Shown here: piece by piece, positions 29,448 to 42,500 of the stretch
How the letters are laid out: each line of letters starts with the position of its first letter
How positions within the stretch are numbered: the stretch's first letter is position 1
NCBI GenBank assembly: GCA_964035545.1
Contig: OZ037765.1
Location: forward strand, 744,001-808,000
Source of the DNA: Bugula neritina
Taxonomy: Eukaryota > Animalia > Bryozoa
Length of the DNA stretch: 64,000 nt
Direction of reading: 5' to 3'
Notes under the pieces: generated by a model
Told to the model about the DNA's origin: nothing
The model's database searches: none
What the model saw: the letters and a program-made list of their open reading frames with translations, nothing else
Position numbers and translations under genes: made by a program

Positions 29448-29677
29448 TCACACGTCACAGGAAATGGCTACAAGGGCATTGGAATCGGAGAGCGTGACTT
29501 TAGCCAGACATCTGGTGAGAGAGAGATGGAGGGTTTGTATCCTTGATACTTCCAACTCATTCATCTAGAAAACCCATCATGTGGTAACAGTAGCAGTAGT
29601 AGCTAGTAGCAGTAGCAGTAGTAGTAGTAGCAGTAGTAGTAGTAGCACTAGTACTAGTAGTAGCAGTAGTAGTAGTG

Positions 29678-29765
<88 letters not shown>

Positions 29766-32700
29766 CACTAGTAGTATTGGTTAAGAACTGCCTACCATTT
29801 CTTCGGATTTAGACTGTTTCAACTCTGTCACGGCATTCATCAGATCGTAGATCTCATCAGATGTGAAGAGAACCTTGCTGGATTCCAACATGGGCAGCAA
29901 CTCCAATATCAGCAGAAACCAGTACCTAAAGAGAAATCAGGTCTGTATAGCAAGGGAAGAAAACTCCTAGTCAGAGACCCAAATAGTGAATCCATATATA
30001 GAATCACTGCATTATATAACTGACTGTAGTATACAGAGTTTACACCCGATGGAAACTATGGGTGTTTAAAGCCAAGAACTCGATGACTACAAAGTATAAT
30101 CTATCAACAGAAGGTAATGTCTGGTTTACTGGGGCTACCTACAGGAAACGCAACAGCTTAGTGATTACTATGTTTATACTACATGCAGCAAACAGCTATG
30201 TGTCAACAGCCTGTCATGCAGTGAAACAAGCACCTGCACCCACCTGGCAGGAGCTGTCCGGGACTTTATTAGAGCCACTAGCAGACTACACGCCTCCTTC
30301 TCCTCCCCAGCGTCAACCAGCTGGTGGAATTCCCTCAACTTTACTACAACACAGTGAATAATGTACTACAACACGCAGTGAATGACTACAACACGCAGTG
30401 AATGACTACAACACACAGTAAATGACTACAACACACAGTGAATTACTACAACACACAGTGAATTACTACAACACACAGTGAATGACTACAACACACAATG
30501 AATTACTACAACAGACAATGAATTACTACAACAGACAATCTCTCACAGATAATATACTTCATTAGACCAATCAATGCCACACATACGACTCAAGCAACAA
30601 AAACAAATTGAAACTTGCTCAAATAATTTCTATTACTTAAAGACCAGCTATCCAAAGTGGCACTTTTCTAAAAATCAGCAGAGAAAAGTAGTTCTAAACA
30701 AGTTCAATGCCTCTGAGTCTACATATTCTAGCACCATATGGTCCGGTACCGCATGGTCCAGCCCCATATGCACTATATACAGCCCAGCACTAAATGGTCC
30801 CACTGCAGCAAGGAGTTACTGAACATGTTATAGGAAGTTGCCTACCCAAAAAGAGGAGTTTTTTGCTCATGAGCAGCATGGTGGGGCCGAGGGCGTCCAG
30901 AACGTCTACGGAGGGTAACATCACACTCTCCCGGTATTGATCTAGAAACTTCTCTGCTACTATTGTGGCCATGTTACCATCCTGTGTGTACAATATAATG
31001 TACATATGTATAATATAATACATGTACATATTACCGTCATGTATATATAATAGACAGTTACTTACAGTTTAGAATAAATAGCTAATCAGGCACCCAGGTA
31101 GTAACCTTGACCTCAGCAGTTAGAACTAAGGCTTCCAATAAATAGATATAGAATACTAAGTGAAGGTCTAACTGAGTGGAGAGAATACTAAGTGAAGATC
31201 TAACTGAGTGGAGAGAATACTAAGTGAAGATCTAACTGAGTGGAGAGGTAGCCCACGTACCTTGCCGTGTCGACACCAAGTAAGGGCGGAATCCAGCCTG
31301 CCCTCTCTCATCTCCCTCCTAGCCATCACTCTGCATATACTCGAGGCTAGAGAATCACACATTACATGTTTACTTTCACTTAAACTATCATTTAATAAGG
31401 TGGCTAGTTTATCTGCATATTTCCAACTGTGTAGCAGCTGCAGTGATCAGTGACAGGAATTCGACTGATGGATATATTTGCTAGTGTCCTGTTTTGTTGG
31501 ATGTCACTATAGTGATTGCCTCATCAATAGAAATGAGACACTAAATAGACAGCCACGCCTCATGTTATGGTAGAATAACTTATGGATAAAATCAGCTAAC
31601 TAGCAAAGAGTTATTTGGTACAGCTACAACTAGGGTCTCATAATGACAAAATAAAATTTCTAAAATCATCTCCCCTCATCTCAAGCACCAAATAAAACTC
31701 TTGAGGTTCTAGTCACCATCCCTGTGAGGCCCCCTGATGGAAGGGGCTTTTTAAAGGGAGGCTAAGGACTTATTTGTAATTATTAGCAAATATGAGTGGA
31801 TGTTCTTCCTAAACACACCTTGCTGAGTGAATCCATGAGTCTCGCATACACTGAGTACTTTAAGAGCTTGTCTTGTAGATATCAAAGGGAGGCGGGCCAA
31901 ATACTCCTGCAGGTGGTACCTGAATAGACGCAAGTATGAAAGGCAAGTTAGGGAGTAGAAGAGGCAATTTAGGGGGTAGAAGAGGCAAGTTAGGAGGCAG
32001 AAGAGGCAATTCAGGGAGTATAAGAGGCAACTTAGGGGGCAGAAGAGGCAGGTAACGGAAAACATTGTTCCTGTCAAGTCTCAACTTTCGCTGTTCCAGT
32101 AAACATAAAAGGGTTAAAATTGTGTTATTAGAAAGCATCCGCTGACGTATAAATTGTGTACAGTCAGTCATATTATTTTCAATAAATTTTACAAAATTCC
32201 AGAGCAATAATCTTCACATCAAATGACACCAGCAAATAAATCCAAACACAAATGTTGAATACATCATTCAGAAAAAAATGTGAATATGGCATACCATGTA
32301 GCCATGAGAGCAGACGTGACACAGAGAAGACATGAGAAGCACCCGTGAGACAGAGCAGACGTGAGAAGCAGACGTGAGACAGAGAAGACGTGAGAAGCAG
32401 ACAAGAGAAGCAGACGTGAGAAGCAGACGTGAGAAGGGAGAAGATTACCTGCCATATTTGGGACACTGGAGAAGGTAGTGTATGCCGACATTCCACAGCC
32501 TGTGGTCCTGCATGAGACTACCTCCGTATTCCAAGAGCAGACTGTCTCTCATGGTCGTGTCGAGACTAGAGTGAGTAGAATGATACAGAGTATATATATA
32601 CATTACATATATAAAGAGAGTATATAGAAAGTATATATAGACATAGATTGCATATATAGACATAGAGAATATATGTAGATATATAGAAAGTATATATAGA

Positions 32701-35700
32701 TAGATAGAGTATATATAGAAATAGAGTATATATATAGACATAGAGAGTATATATAGATATATAGAGTATATATATAGACATAGAGAGTATATATAGATAC
32801 AAAGAGTATATATAGATACAAAGAGTATATATAGATATAGAGAGAGTATATAGACATAGACAGACCTGTTCTTCTCCTGGAGGAGGTTGGCCTGGTGGAA
32901 GACGTCAGAGAGATGAGCAGCAAACCACCAGCTGCTAAACTCTTCACTGCAGCACTTCATCAGCTCCACCAGGTTGCGGCGGAGGATGTGGTAGATGAGG
33001 GAGTCGTGGGTGTCAAATGACTTGATGCCACCGCACCTGTGTACCGCCCCCTGAGTGTGGCAGAGAGACAACATCTATTAGACTAGATGAATTATATATA
33101 ATATCAACTTGGCAGCTTCTATTAGACTGTGCAGGTTTACATCTACAATACCACGCCGTAAGATTACCTCTATGGAGCCCTGGACCTGGTAGAACTTGGC
33201 ATACGGCTGAGTGTAGAAGATGGCGGCCATAAGATACGAGTACCAGGGGGCAGACAATTCCTCAACTGCTGATAGGATGGAGTCCAAATCACCTGACAGA
33301 ATCTACAAACAGACAGAATGTCTACCAGCTGGTCTCTATGTAAGTCTGTCTGTTGCCAGCTTCTAGAACTTTCTGAATCAGTGACTGCTCAAGGCACATG
33401 ACTTAATGTACAGCAGACGTGGCTTGATGTATATACTGAGCTCCACACCCGACACTCTCAACTTACCCTCGCCATCTGCGCCATCTTGTCGTCATCTGCA
33501 AACACTCCCTGACTTAACATCTGCTTCAGCTCGTCTCTCCACATCCTCCAATTCCCCTCGTACTCGTTCACCGCCATGCCAGCTGCCTGCAACCATCAGC
33601 CACAGTCTATTCGCATGAGTACCAGAGAGCAGCATGCTGATTGGTGGATATTCAGCTGACAAGCGAATGAGGACAGTTGTAAGTACCTGATAGATGGGCA
33701 TCTTGGAGAGGACGCTCATTAGGACTCGGCAAGATTTGGAAGTGTTGTTTGAGGCAAGTAGGAGCTCCATGACTTCTTCGGTTTTACCTTGCAGCAGGCA
33801 GCCGTACACCTGCATGCAGTAACAAGTCACACAAACTTCACCCAAGGAGACAACATGCCAATACAAACACACAGTTTCCTGTCCAATAGCGTACATACCA
33901 CAGGCCAATAGCGTACATACCACAGGCTAATAGCGTACATACCGCGGGCCAATAGCGTACATACCACAGGCCAATAGCGTACATACCACAGGCCAATAGC
34001 GTACATACCACAGGCCAATAGCGTACATACCACAGGCCAATAGTGTACATACCACAGGCCAATAGTGTACATACCGCGGGCCAATAGTGTACATACCGCG
34101 GGCCAATAGCGTACATACCACAGGCCAATAGCGTACATACCACAGGCCAATAGCGTACATACCACAGGCCAGTAGCGTACATACCGCGGGCCAGTAGTTG
34201 TGGTGGTGGTGCACAGGGTCCTCCTTCATTACCTCCTCCATCATCACTCTGCAGTCGTCAATATGGATACTGAGCCACTTGAGGAGCTGTAGAGCCAGTT
34301 CCCCGCCTGCCGGAGAGTACAACTATCTGCATACTAATTATATACTATATACTCACTATATACTCACCATATACTAACTGTATACTATATACTAACTATA
34401 CACTGACTATATACTATATTATACTCAGTAACCACTAAGTATTCACCAACCTTGCGGCTCCTGGAAGAAGATGATCTCCATCAGGTTCCACGCAGACTCG
34501 CTGACCACCAGAGTCCTCATGAGGTCATCCAGAAGGTCAGCAGAGGCAGCATCTTCTGTCACTAGAACATCAGGTAATATTACAGGTACGTGTGTACTGT
34601 CAATAGAACATCAGGTAATATTACAGGTACATGTGTACTGTCACTAAAACATCAGGTAATACTACAGGTACACCTGTACTGAGCTATAGAAATTGAGCTA
34701 TTTATATCTCCTCTGAAATACCAATGAGTATACATTGTATATAACATGGCATATATATTTTATAGCATATATTATATATAAATACAATACATATATTATT
34801 TATCATAATACTTTGTATTATATGTACTATATAGTATGTATAACACATAGCAGATAATATATATATTAGTAAATAACCAGTAGGAAATCATTCTATGCAG
34901 TCTATACACATTAGACTGAGTTCTAACTCCAGAGCATTGACTACTAGAATCAGTCTTTAGAATAAAGAAAACTTAGCCTACATACTGAGAGCTCTTTGAA
35001 CGTCCTGCATGGACTCCTTAATGACCGCCCGATAACTTCTACTGTAGTGACTACAAGAGAACATGGATTCAGTCATCATACAACACACCCTCAAGTGAAG
35101 AAGATATGAAGTTGCCAACTTCAGTATAAAGCACTACTAATTTTATGTAGTGGGAGTTGTATTATCATTCTTAGAATTCTACTACTATGGTGAACTAATT
35201 TACTAGCGGACTATTAGTCAGGTAGAGCAAACTTACAGCACTTCCTCTACTGTCATTGGACAATCTGGCGACCTCTGATTGGCTATGAAGACACCTGAAC
35301 ATACAGAGTAATCAGAGTATAAGTGTACAGATCATAAGCTGAGTTGATCAAAGAGACAAACATCTGGCATTAAACTGTTGGAGAAACTTCCAGATTACTG
35401 AAGACAAGCTATATATGTACTGTAGAAGAGTTTATGGCGGAAGGTGGATATTGAGAGAAAGTTCTGGAAAGTAGGCGGGACTTACAAGACATCTCATTCA
35501 CCAGGTTACGGACAAACTGGTTATCATACTCTGGTCTCAGATTGACTTCTCTGAAAATAAGCTCACCACTTCCTTCTATAAACAGAAGGAATAGAAAACA
35601 TTGCCTCAGTTAATTTTCACTAAACTAGCAATAACAGGTCAACTGAAAACTATTCAAGCTTTAGTAAACGTTACCAGTGCTGTTGTTACATAAGATGAGC

Positions 35701-38282
35701 TTATTGCTGGGGCCTAGCATGACAGAGTGCTGCTGGGGAGTGTCACTCTGAACATCCTGAAAATATATATGGAATTAGGAAATATAAATTATCAAAATCC
35801 AGAAGCCATGCAAAGCTGTAGAAGTTTTGTTGCTAGGCAACACAACGTTATGCACATAGATTAAAACTAATATCACCAAATATTAAACCTACAAGAAACC
35901 AGTTTCTGTCAAAAATAGACTCGATTAATTAACTTTCATTAAAAAAACAAATTGTTTTGGTGATAGATTTATAGTTAAACTTGGTTGTTATAGTTTATTG
36001 ATGCACATTTTATATAGCTCAGATATTAACTCACTATAACAAGCAAAAATATCTTTCCCATGCACTTGTAAAAAATAATGAGTTCACTAAATATCAATGT
36101 GACCATACATAGAAACTGACTTTTTTAATGAGTAATAAACAATAAATTATAAAAATGATGATGATAATCATCACCACATTCACTAAACAGTGAGATTATA
36201 GTTATTAGGTGAAGTGATTCGATGATGAATAATTATAAAAAAAATGTTTATAACCATATGATTGGTGAGAATAATTCTAATGAGAATCCTTATGACTAAA
36301 TAATAAAAGTTTAAAACTATTAAACCCTATATTAGAAATTAATTACAATAATTAAATCAAATAGTATAATCAATTGAATGTTTACCTATATTATAAGTAT
36401 AACTGCTATAGCTAGCCCGATTTTGTAAGTAACCTAAATCAGGGCTACCAGTATCACTAATTGTAAAACTAAAAGTAACTTTCAATACTAATACCAGTAA
36501 TAGTATTACTAATAGTAATAGTAAGAGTTATAGTTAAAGTTTAGTTATACTTACTCTTATTCTTAAACTATAAATACTGATACTATACTAATAGTAATAG
36601 TAATAGTAAAAACAATTCTTAGCCTTATACATTAACTTTAACTTATACTTATAGTTATTCATATACTTATAGTTATAGTTATAAACATAGTCCGTAGTCG
36701 TACTGATACTGGTAGTATTAGTATTAGTATAGTATAACTATTAATTATTACTATTACTATTAATATTACTATTAGTATTAGTATTACTATAACTATAAGT
36801 ATAAGTATTAGTATAACTATCACTATCAGTATCAGTATAACTTTAAATAAAACTATAACTATAAGTTATAAGTATTACTATTACATTTACTATTACTATT
36901 AGTATTAGTACTACTATTAGTATTACTATTAGTATTTCTATTAGTATTAGAATTACTATTAGACAGTTTGAGTTTGAGTTACTGTTAGTGTTACTGACTG
37001 TTGAGTGTTACTAAGTCTAACAGTAACACTAACACTGTTAGTGTTACACTTACAGTTACCACTTACAGTGTCATGGGTTGCTAACTACCTATCAAACCGA
37101 AGTCATTCCACACTAGTAAATGCAACCTTATCAAGTTCACGATCAGTGACCTGTGGGGTTCCCCAGGGATCTGTCTTGGGCCCTACCTTATTTTTGATAT
37201 ATATAAACGATCTTGCTCAACAATTTAAACTTTTTAATCCCATTTTCTATGCCGACGACACTAATTTATTTTTTGAATCAAAAGATTTGAACTCCCATTT
37301 GGAAGCTATAAATCAAGATCTAAACTCTCTGTCAATTTGGTGCAATAAAAACAAACTCACTATAAACTATGAAAAATGCAACTATATTGTTTTAAAAAAC
37401 TACCAAAATCCTTTTCAAATTCTAGAAAACTGTATATTATTAAATAAAAGACCTATAAATTACTCTAACAGCATAACTTTTCTAGGTGTACAAATAGATA
37501 AAAATTTAAATTGGAGCTTGCACATCTCAAACCTACTTACAAAATTACGACCACTTAGTGGATTAATATACCGATGTTCTGAATATCTCCCTCAAAAAAT
37601 TTTACTTTTGATATATAATTCTTTCATCAATTCCAAGTTAAATTATTGTGCAGAGGCCTGGGGAAATGCAGCTAATACCCATCTAAACAAGATTTTTATT
37701 TTTCAAAAAAAGGTAATGCGTATCATGAACAAAAAACCGTTTGACCATCCATCAGCGCCTCTATTTACTAAGCATAAAGTTCTCTCAATATACCAGATTT
37801 ACCGTTTTAAAGTGTTAAAGAAAGCTCATTCTTTTTTCTACTCTGACAATTTTTTTCCCACTCACTCTATCAATACACGTCAATCATTCATAAATCTCCC
37901 CCTTCCTCACTCTCAAACAGCAGCAGGTCACAGGAGAAACTGTTATCAGGAGGTGGCACTATGGAATGAACTGCCAATCCCTTTACGGTCAATTAGCAAC
38001 CCTAATGAATTTGGGAGGAAGTTGAGGCTTTATCTGTTAGAATAGTTGTATTTTTTTGTATTTTTCTGGATAGAGTCGCTGTCAGCTCGTGTTGGCCCGC
38101 GCATGACTAGCTAGGCTATAGCGCAATGGGCCTCATCATCGCCTCCTTGGCATTTTCTAATGTCCTTGTGTTATTAAATACCTTTGATGAAATAAACCAA
38201 ACAAACAAACAAACAAACTGTTAGACTTAGTCACTAACTCTTACTCTTAGAATTACTATTACTAACAATGAAAACTTACCAT
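29448..38282 (-). CDS. NUP85: Nuclear pore complex protein Nup85; ~19 exons, first coding exon is the ATG alone (38282-38280), last exon ~29564-29448
   Basis: SRSYRAVIKESM, AWNLMEIIFFQ...GELALQLLKWL, HHHNYWPAVYGCLLQG, SWWFAAHLSDVF, MRDSLLLEYG...HRLWNVGIHYL, LDALGPTMLLMSKKLLFLVKLREFH follow the Nup85 motif order. Confidence 0.92.
29590..29775. repeat. (AGT)n microsatellite filling the last NUP85 intron
   Basis: Direct reading. Confidence 0.95.
30341..30540 (-). repeat. 20-bp tandem array (~10 copies) of a NUP85 acceptor junction TTCACTGTGTGTTGTAG|TAA
   Basis: True acceptor AG at 30345-30344; upstream copies ...tgttgtagtaa / ...tgttgtagtca. Confidence 0.88.
31150..31248. repeat. 33-bp tandem repeat (3 copies) just inside a NUP85 donor
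   Basis: gagaatactaagtgaagatctaactgagtgga repeated. Confidence 0.85.
31940..32865. repeat. Three NUP85 intronic minisatellites: ~21-bp (31940-32050), ~15-bp GAGAAGCAGACGTGA-like (32305-32435) and TATATAGA-rich (32585-32865)
   Basis: Direct reading; each lies close to a splice junction without containing it. Confidence 0.85.
33885..34196 (-). repeat. 22-bp tandem array (~14 copies) of a NUP85 donor junction CTACTGGCCCGCG|GTATGTACG
   Basis: True donor after 34185 (…NYWPA|); intronic copies ctattggcctgtg-gtatgtacg. Confidence 0.93.
34556..34680 (-). repeat. 41-bp tandem triplication of a NUP85 acceptor junction GATGTTCTAG|TGACAG
   Basis: Copies read ttttagtgacag, tctattgacag, and the true ttctag|tgacag (exon starts 34561). 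Confidence 0.88.
36480..36960. repeat. Low-complexity TAGTAT/TACTAT-type repeat in NUP85 intron 1
   Basis: Direct reading. Confidence 0.8.
37068..38218 (+). mobile_element. 5'-truncated non-LTR retrotransposon (CR1/L2-group LINE), RT C-terminal half plus 3' UTR and (CAAA)n tail, antisense in NUP85 intron 1
   Basis: ORF to 38045 with GVPQGSVLGPTLFLIYINDL, FYADDT, FLGVQID..L.W..HI; AATAAA followed by CCAAACAAACAAAC tail at ~38191-38218. Confidence 0.92.
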
Positions 38283-40518
38283 GAAGCTGCATACAAAATC
38301 GTGAAGAAGAAAAATTTAAGAATACACCGTTTTAACAACTTTGTCTCTAATGTACAAACGTGCTTTGCAACACCAAGTAAAATGCTAGTGTTGGGATGCA
38401 AGAAAACTGCATTTAAAGAACTTCATGGAAGCCGCCATTTTCTTGTTGCAGGCTATTTGCGAGTTTGCGGTTCTAACCGGACCCACCCTTAACTGATATT
38501 CAATGTGAGATAGTCGTAAACAATGAGCTCAATATCTTTTCTAGTTCAGTGGTTGTGAGGTTACTTTTAGAAAGACAACTCCGGAAAAGCAGGAGCCTAT
38601 TTTAAAACCATTATAAGTTATAACCGTTTAGCTATATTATTACAATAAATAATTTCAGTTCATTAGTTTTAACTGTCTGTCTAAACTCTAAACCATTTAG
38701 CTGAGACACATCATTGCCTGCTATTTTCTCTCATTAAAATAAACTGTTTTGGAGCTAGAATAGTTTAAATATAATCATGTTTTTTGTTTTTACCAGCAGT
38801 CTTTTACAGCTACCTAAGTGCAGTTGCACCTTGCAGTAGATATTGGTTAGTTATTATGAATATTTTATCACAAAAACATGATCTTAATGTGCTTGTACCA
38901 TTGCTTTAAAAATTGAGATTTTATGACTCAACACACACATACTAGGCTTGCACATAAAATAGTATAATATTTCTATTATGCACATGTTGCCTGTTTACCC
39001 TTATACATAGGTGGTGCATGGCTGGTGGTGTGGCTGACAATTGTCCACGTAACAGCATAGTTTATATGACTTTATCTTCGAGGTGACCACATCTGGTTGC
39101 TTGGTTTCATGGAACATGTGTGTATTCATTGTACTTGAACTATCTGGTGTAGGGCCATATATAAGCTGATTGAACCTATATATATTATAGGCTAGAATCT
39201 AAATGGAAGTATAATATTATGTATATGCATGTGAGTGTTTTCTGAACCTTTTGATAGTAGTCAAGTATTTTGCGTCAGGATTTAAGCATTTTCATTCAGG
39301 GATAAATTAGTCTGTACGTTCACATTCACAAATTCTTTTAGTGAAGAGTTAAGAGAGTCGAGGCTTGGTAGCTGGTTGGACAAGTGAGGATTTCACTAGC
39401 ATTGTAAACAAACAACAAAATATAAAAAGATGTAGTCTGCATAGTTTACTATGTTTCACAAACTAACTGACTATTAACACTCAAGCAAAATAATAATTAT
39501 ATATAATTGTTGTTTTCAATGTATTTAATTTAAATATAATTGAATGAAATATGCTATAATACAGCATATATAGCATAATATGAATGGTCACAAGAGTAAA
39601 GAAATGAAACATGGACATAACCATCATATGCTATGATCTCTTTAATAACACTAGCAGTAAAACAGTAGCATCTGGAAGCTTTATAGTTTTGATTTAGTTT
39701 CATAACCACTCAGTATTCTATTTAAATATTGTATTTCAGCCAAGCTATGACATTTTGAAAAGAGATTATTGTTTGTTTACAAGTTTCCTTAACAACCGCA
39801 CACAAAAGCTTCCATTGTGTTGAGTAAATCAATGATTATTCTCACTCCACACCTCATTGTCCAATGGGAGTTGCACGTTATTTGCTCACCTTTTCATTAC
39901 TGAGAGCGCTATAATATTTTCCATTCATTCAGTAGTTTACAAACCTTAGTAGGTCTCATTAGCCCTTTCTGTTTTTAGTTTTGGGTATCAAAGAGTAGCT
40001 AGCTATACAGTAAAGCAGGGAGCTATTTCAATCGTCAAATAGCACAGCTGCAGAAGCGTATCTCAGTATATAGTTGAGGCAGTATTGAATTCAAAAAGCC
40101 TTATCTCAACAGGTAAGTGTCAAAAGATAATTTTCAATTCTGTTTTCAAACTAAGATTTACTAAAATATTAAAATAGTCAAGGAAACCTGAAGGCAGTTA
40201 ATACTTAATACCTCCTATAATAAACAAGTTAATGGAGCAGCAGTAGCAAAACATGCGTGACATGCATAGCATGTGTCACATACTATGTCATGTATGTTAC
40301 ATTCAATTGTGCTTTTATTATACATATTATTATTATAATCTTTGTGAGTCCACAAAAAATAATAAAGTTTGAATTTTGAAATGTAAAGCTATATAATGCT
40401 TATATAATTCCTATATTTTATTGAGTTGTGTTGTTGCTTCTGTTCTCTTTACTACATACAACTGAGTAACAAGTGCTTGCTCTATCACTTGCTCTAGCCT
40501 GTCAAGTGTCAAGCTGTC

Positions 40519-42462
40519 ATGGGTGGATGCACTAGCAAGCAGTCAGTAAGTAGCAGTAAAGCACCTGCAACAGCTACTCACTCGGTGTCAGTCAAGACAG
40601 GAGACAAGAAAGGTGCCAGTACTGATGGAAACGTAAGATTTTAAAAGATTATATATTATATAGTAAAGATCTGGTATTTCAGTGAGTATTATATAGCTAC
40701 TTTTCATTGTTTTATAACTACTCAGAACTGCATATATATATTACATCTGTAGTTTACATGAAGTATAAATAGAGAATAATACCTCATACGTTACATCAAT
40801 TATAAAGTTATATAATTAATAAAATCAAATGCTATTGCTGAGTTGCAGAGCATATATAATAATAATGTAGAGGTTTTCTAACTTGGCTATAAATACTTAA
40901 ACAGGTATTGACATCAACCATTAGATAATAAAATTGTCAAAACTTTTAAATAAACATGTCTTTTAAATGATGTACCTATGCATGCATCAGTATCATGACA
41001 ATCTAACTGCTGCAGTTGCCAAATGTTGATCAGTTTAAATGCACTAAGAAAAAGCAATTTTATTCGTGGTATTGTATGGCCACTTCTGCCCAAAGATAAT
41101 CGTGAAGTTTTATTATGGCACAGCATAGTGAGTACAGTGAACTTAAATAATTTATTAGTGTAATCCTGAAGGATTTGAATTAATTAGCATGCACACGCTG
41201 TCGAACAGTCAACTTTTTATCCTATATGAATTAAAATGCTGTTCAGAAAGAGATTTCATCACACTGATGTGTAACCCATGAGCCTCAGTAAAAGTTAGCC
41301 TTGTATATTATAGAAGCTGTTATTAAACTAAAGCAAGTGACACTTGTTCGCAGGTGTTTGTCTGTGTGCGTGACAAGTCAGGAATATGGTCTGCCGATCA
41401 ATTGATAGACAAGCAATGGAAGAACGACTTTCAAGCAGGAAACACTGATGTCTTCTACCTAGAACTACTAAACATAAGTAGAGTCACTGAACTCTGCATT
41501 CGTAGAGATGAAACTGCTAAAGATGACTCATGGTATTCTGGGATAGATTTACAGCCATTTATTAGCATATCAGTACATGATATATACATTATAGCATCTA
41601 GTATAGTATATTATATAGTATATTATAGTACATATAGTATTATAAAAAATATGTATTATATCAGTATATATTGTATCATATTAGTGTAGTGCAGTGTATA
41701 GTATATATAGCATAGTGTAGTATAGTATGTATAGGCTAAGTAGTATTTAGTATAGTATATAATATATAGGTATATTTATATTTATATATTGTATATGAAG
41801 TATATAATGAAGTATCTATATAGTAGCCTATATAATGTAGTATATATAGTATATAGTATATACAGTATAGAATACTATAGCATATATATAGCAAAGTATG
41901 GTATATGTCAAACTTATATATGGTATATATAGTATAGTATTTTATATATTGTAGTGTAGAGTATAGTATAATATACTATATATAATATAATATATTATAT
42001 GTATTATTTAGTATATATATAGTTTAATACAGTATAGTAGATATTATAAACATATATATAATAACTAAACATAATACAGCCATTTGTATGTCTACAATGT
42101 ATGACTTTATTTTCCTGCAGGTTGTTTGGAATTTTACTGACGACCCTACGTATTCAGAAATGAGCACTTCACACTCTTGCTTGTACTATGAAGGCTCATT
42201 GATTCAATTCTTTAAATAATGTTCCCAGGTTTTTGGAGAAGGTGGTGATTGAGGAGCTGAAATCAAAGAGTAGTTCGGTGTTCCCGGTAACCAGGTGGAT
42301 CAACGCAGGGGATCAGCTGATGTTCGAGGAGTTCGACTCTTGCCTCCCGCAGTACTCTAAGTTCTCAGAACAGCGAGCTAAGGAGCTGGAGAAGAAACGG
42401 GAGTCTTACAAACTGACCAATCACGTGCCAGGAACTCCACCTCAGGTTGTCCCAATTTTATC

Positions 42463-42500
<38 letters not shown>

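Noticed and set aside
33827-34182. Repetitive ORFs (MYAIGLWYVRYWPVVCTLLACG...)
   Set aside because: Product of the stop-free 22-bp intronic array; NUP85 homology resumes only at the next exon (~33809).
37005-37067. N-terminal part of the 346-aa LINE ORF
   Set aside because: Low-complexity flank that happens to be in frame; RT similarity starts near SWVANYL (~37070).
18657-38282. NUP85-TLCD5-USP30 as a trans-spliced operon
   Set aside because: Co-oriented and compact, but coding regions are >2 kb apart with apparent poly(A) signals and room for separate 5' exons; no spliced-leader evidence is available from DNA alone.
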